The position numbers were made by a program, and so were the translations under genes. Positions 62,566 to 64,000 of a DNA stretch of 64,000 bases are shown in pieces. Within the stretch, counting starts at the first letter, position 1, and the number at the start of each line of letters is the position of its first letter. The notes beneath the pieces are model-generated. The model did not search any database, had not been told where the DNA came from, and was given only the letters and a program-made list of their open reading frames with translations. Source of the stretch: Balanoglossus misakiensis (lineage: Eukaryota > Animalia > Hemichordata); assembly GCA_040954595.2 (NCBI GenBank), contig CM082590.2, positions 3,968,001-4,032,000 of the forward strand. Reading direction: 5' to 3'.

Positions 62566-64000
62566 TATAGGCAATATAATCTCAACCGAGTTGTTTCATG
62601 AGTCACTGGACTGACCCATCAGGAGACTTAACTGGCCAGCTTTATTACTTTTTGCCTTTAAAATACATCAGCAGTTTTCAAGATTAGAAATTCCGGTACT
62701 CATAGCTATCATCACTTGCTGATGTGGTCAGTGGGGGAAACATTGTAAATTATGTATTTTGAAGGTTTGCTGTAACTCGGATTACAGCAATTATTAATCA
62801 GAAGTCAGAATCTTTCAGCAAAAAATCTCTGGAAAAGAAGTTTGCTGCCACGGTGGAAAGAAATTAAATGATCCACCCTTAACTATAAAATTTCGCACAA
62901 TGGGGGAATTGAAGAGGCTTATCAATCTAGAATTTGTAAAGTGAGACATATTTGAAGCCCCATGAGTTGCCAAATTCCACATTCACAATAAAATACCTAA
63001 AATCTTCTCCCCATATACCCATTACAATTTGCACCATCAAGGCACACTACTTGCATACCACAATAGTTGTGTACTCTTTGTATGGAGGCAGATTAAACAG
63101 GCATGGCACCCATTTAATATTGCAACATCCAGCCACAATATGGCGTTGACAAGATGTTCATTTATACCTAACAGTTTAAGCTCATTTAGATGGACTAACC
63201 TAAGTTGGAAAGTAAAATCCAGAAAATAATGCAAAAAGTGGCAGCTCTTGAGGATTTAAAGAAGGGCAATTGACACATGACCCACAACACATGCACCGAT
63301 AAGAACAGCAGTATAAGAACCGCGTTGGCAAACATTTTTAGGCAAACATTTACCAGTTGTCATAAAACTGTCGGTCAATTTTATTGCTCTTATCAACAGA
63401 GAATGGCCTTCACCTGCATCTGATTACATGTTGGAGTCAGTGAGACTCCATGTGTACCAGTGTCCAGTGTGTAATTGTTATCAGCACTGCTCAACTCCAT
63501 TCATACTTTTTAAATTAAAACTAAAACTTTGACTATTGTTCCTATTAGCCAACATCGATTGAATTGTTGTTCATATCAGCGCGTTCACACTCACTCATGT
63601 ACTATGTAAAGAAGAGTAAATGACATCCCTGTCCACACAAGACCACTATAAAAGTCATAAGTTTGTCCTTCCATTCATGAGGTTTCTGTAACTATTGTTC
63701 TTGATATTCCGATGGTTTAGTTTGAAGTTTATTGACATGCTGTCTGTTGAGCTTTGTGTCTTAAAGATTAAATACTGTTTGTTCTATTGGCTTTACGCGT
63801 ATATACTTTGACGGAAACCACTCAACACACTTAATATATAGCACAGGGTGTTTGTTTAGTCGGCAGAAAAACACTCCACCACAATCAAGTAGCTACAAAC
63901 ATTTTTCAACCAGATCGCGATAAAGTCAGGAATTATCGTGAGCTACAACTGTTTGTCGCAACAATGGCCCCTTGAGAGCAACACTTTCTGAGTTGCCAAA

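Overview
Animal genomic DNA (spliceosomal introns and an invertebrate-type TE set; a marine invertebrate is my inference). The one host gene is on the minus strand and spans about 41 kb (ATG 61173 to stop 19958). It encodes a kinase-less ROCO protein: small phase-0 ankyrin exons (mostly 99 nt) are spliced onto one 3.2-kb LRR-Roc-COR exon. Its ~27-kb intron holds a young ~99-bp satellite that appears to have formed at a junction between two MITEs. The satellite is interrupted by an 8-kb nest of five Helentron-type non-autonomous elements. Downstream of the gene (1-17.5 kb) is a TE cluster: a Kolobok-type MITE, a 5'-truncated RTEX-like LINE flanked by a 597-bp direct duplication, AT-rich tandem and inverted repeats, and a nested series of a decayed tyrosine-recombinase gene, an Ngaro/DIRS element and a Gypsy 3' end. 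All calls come from reading by eye; no database searches were run.
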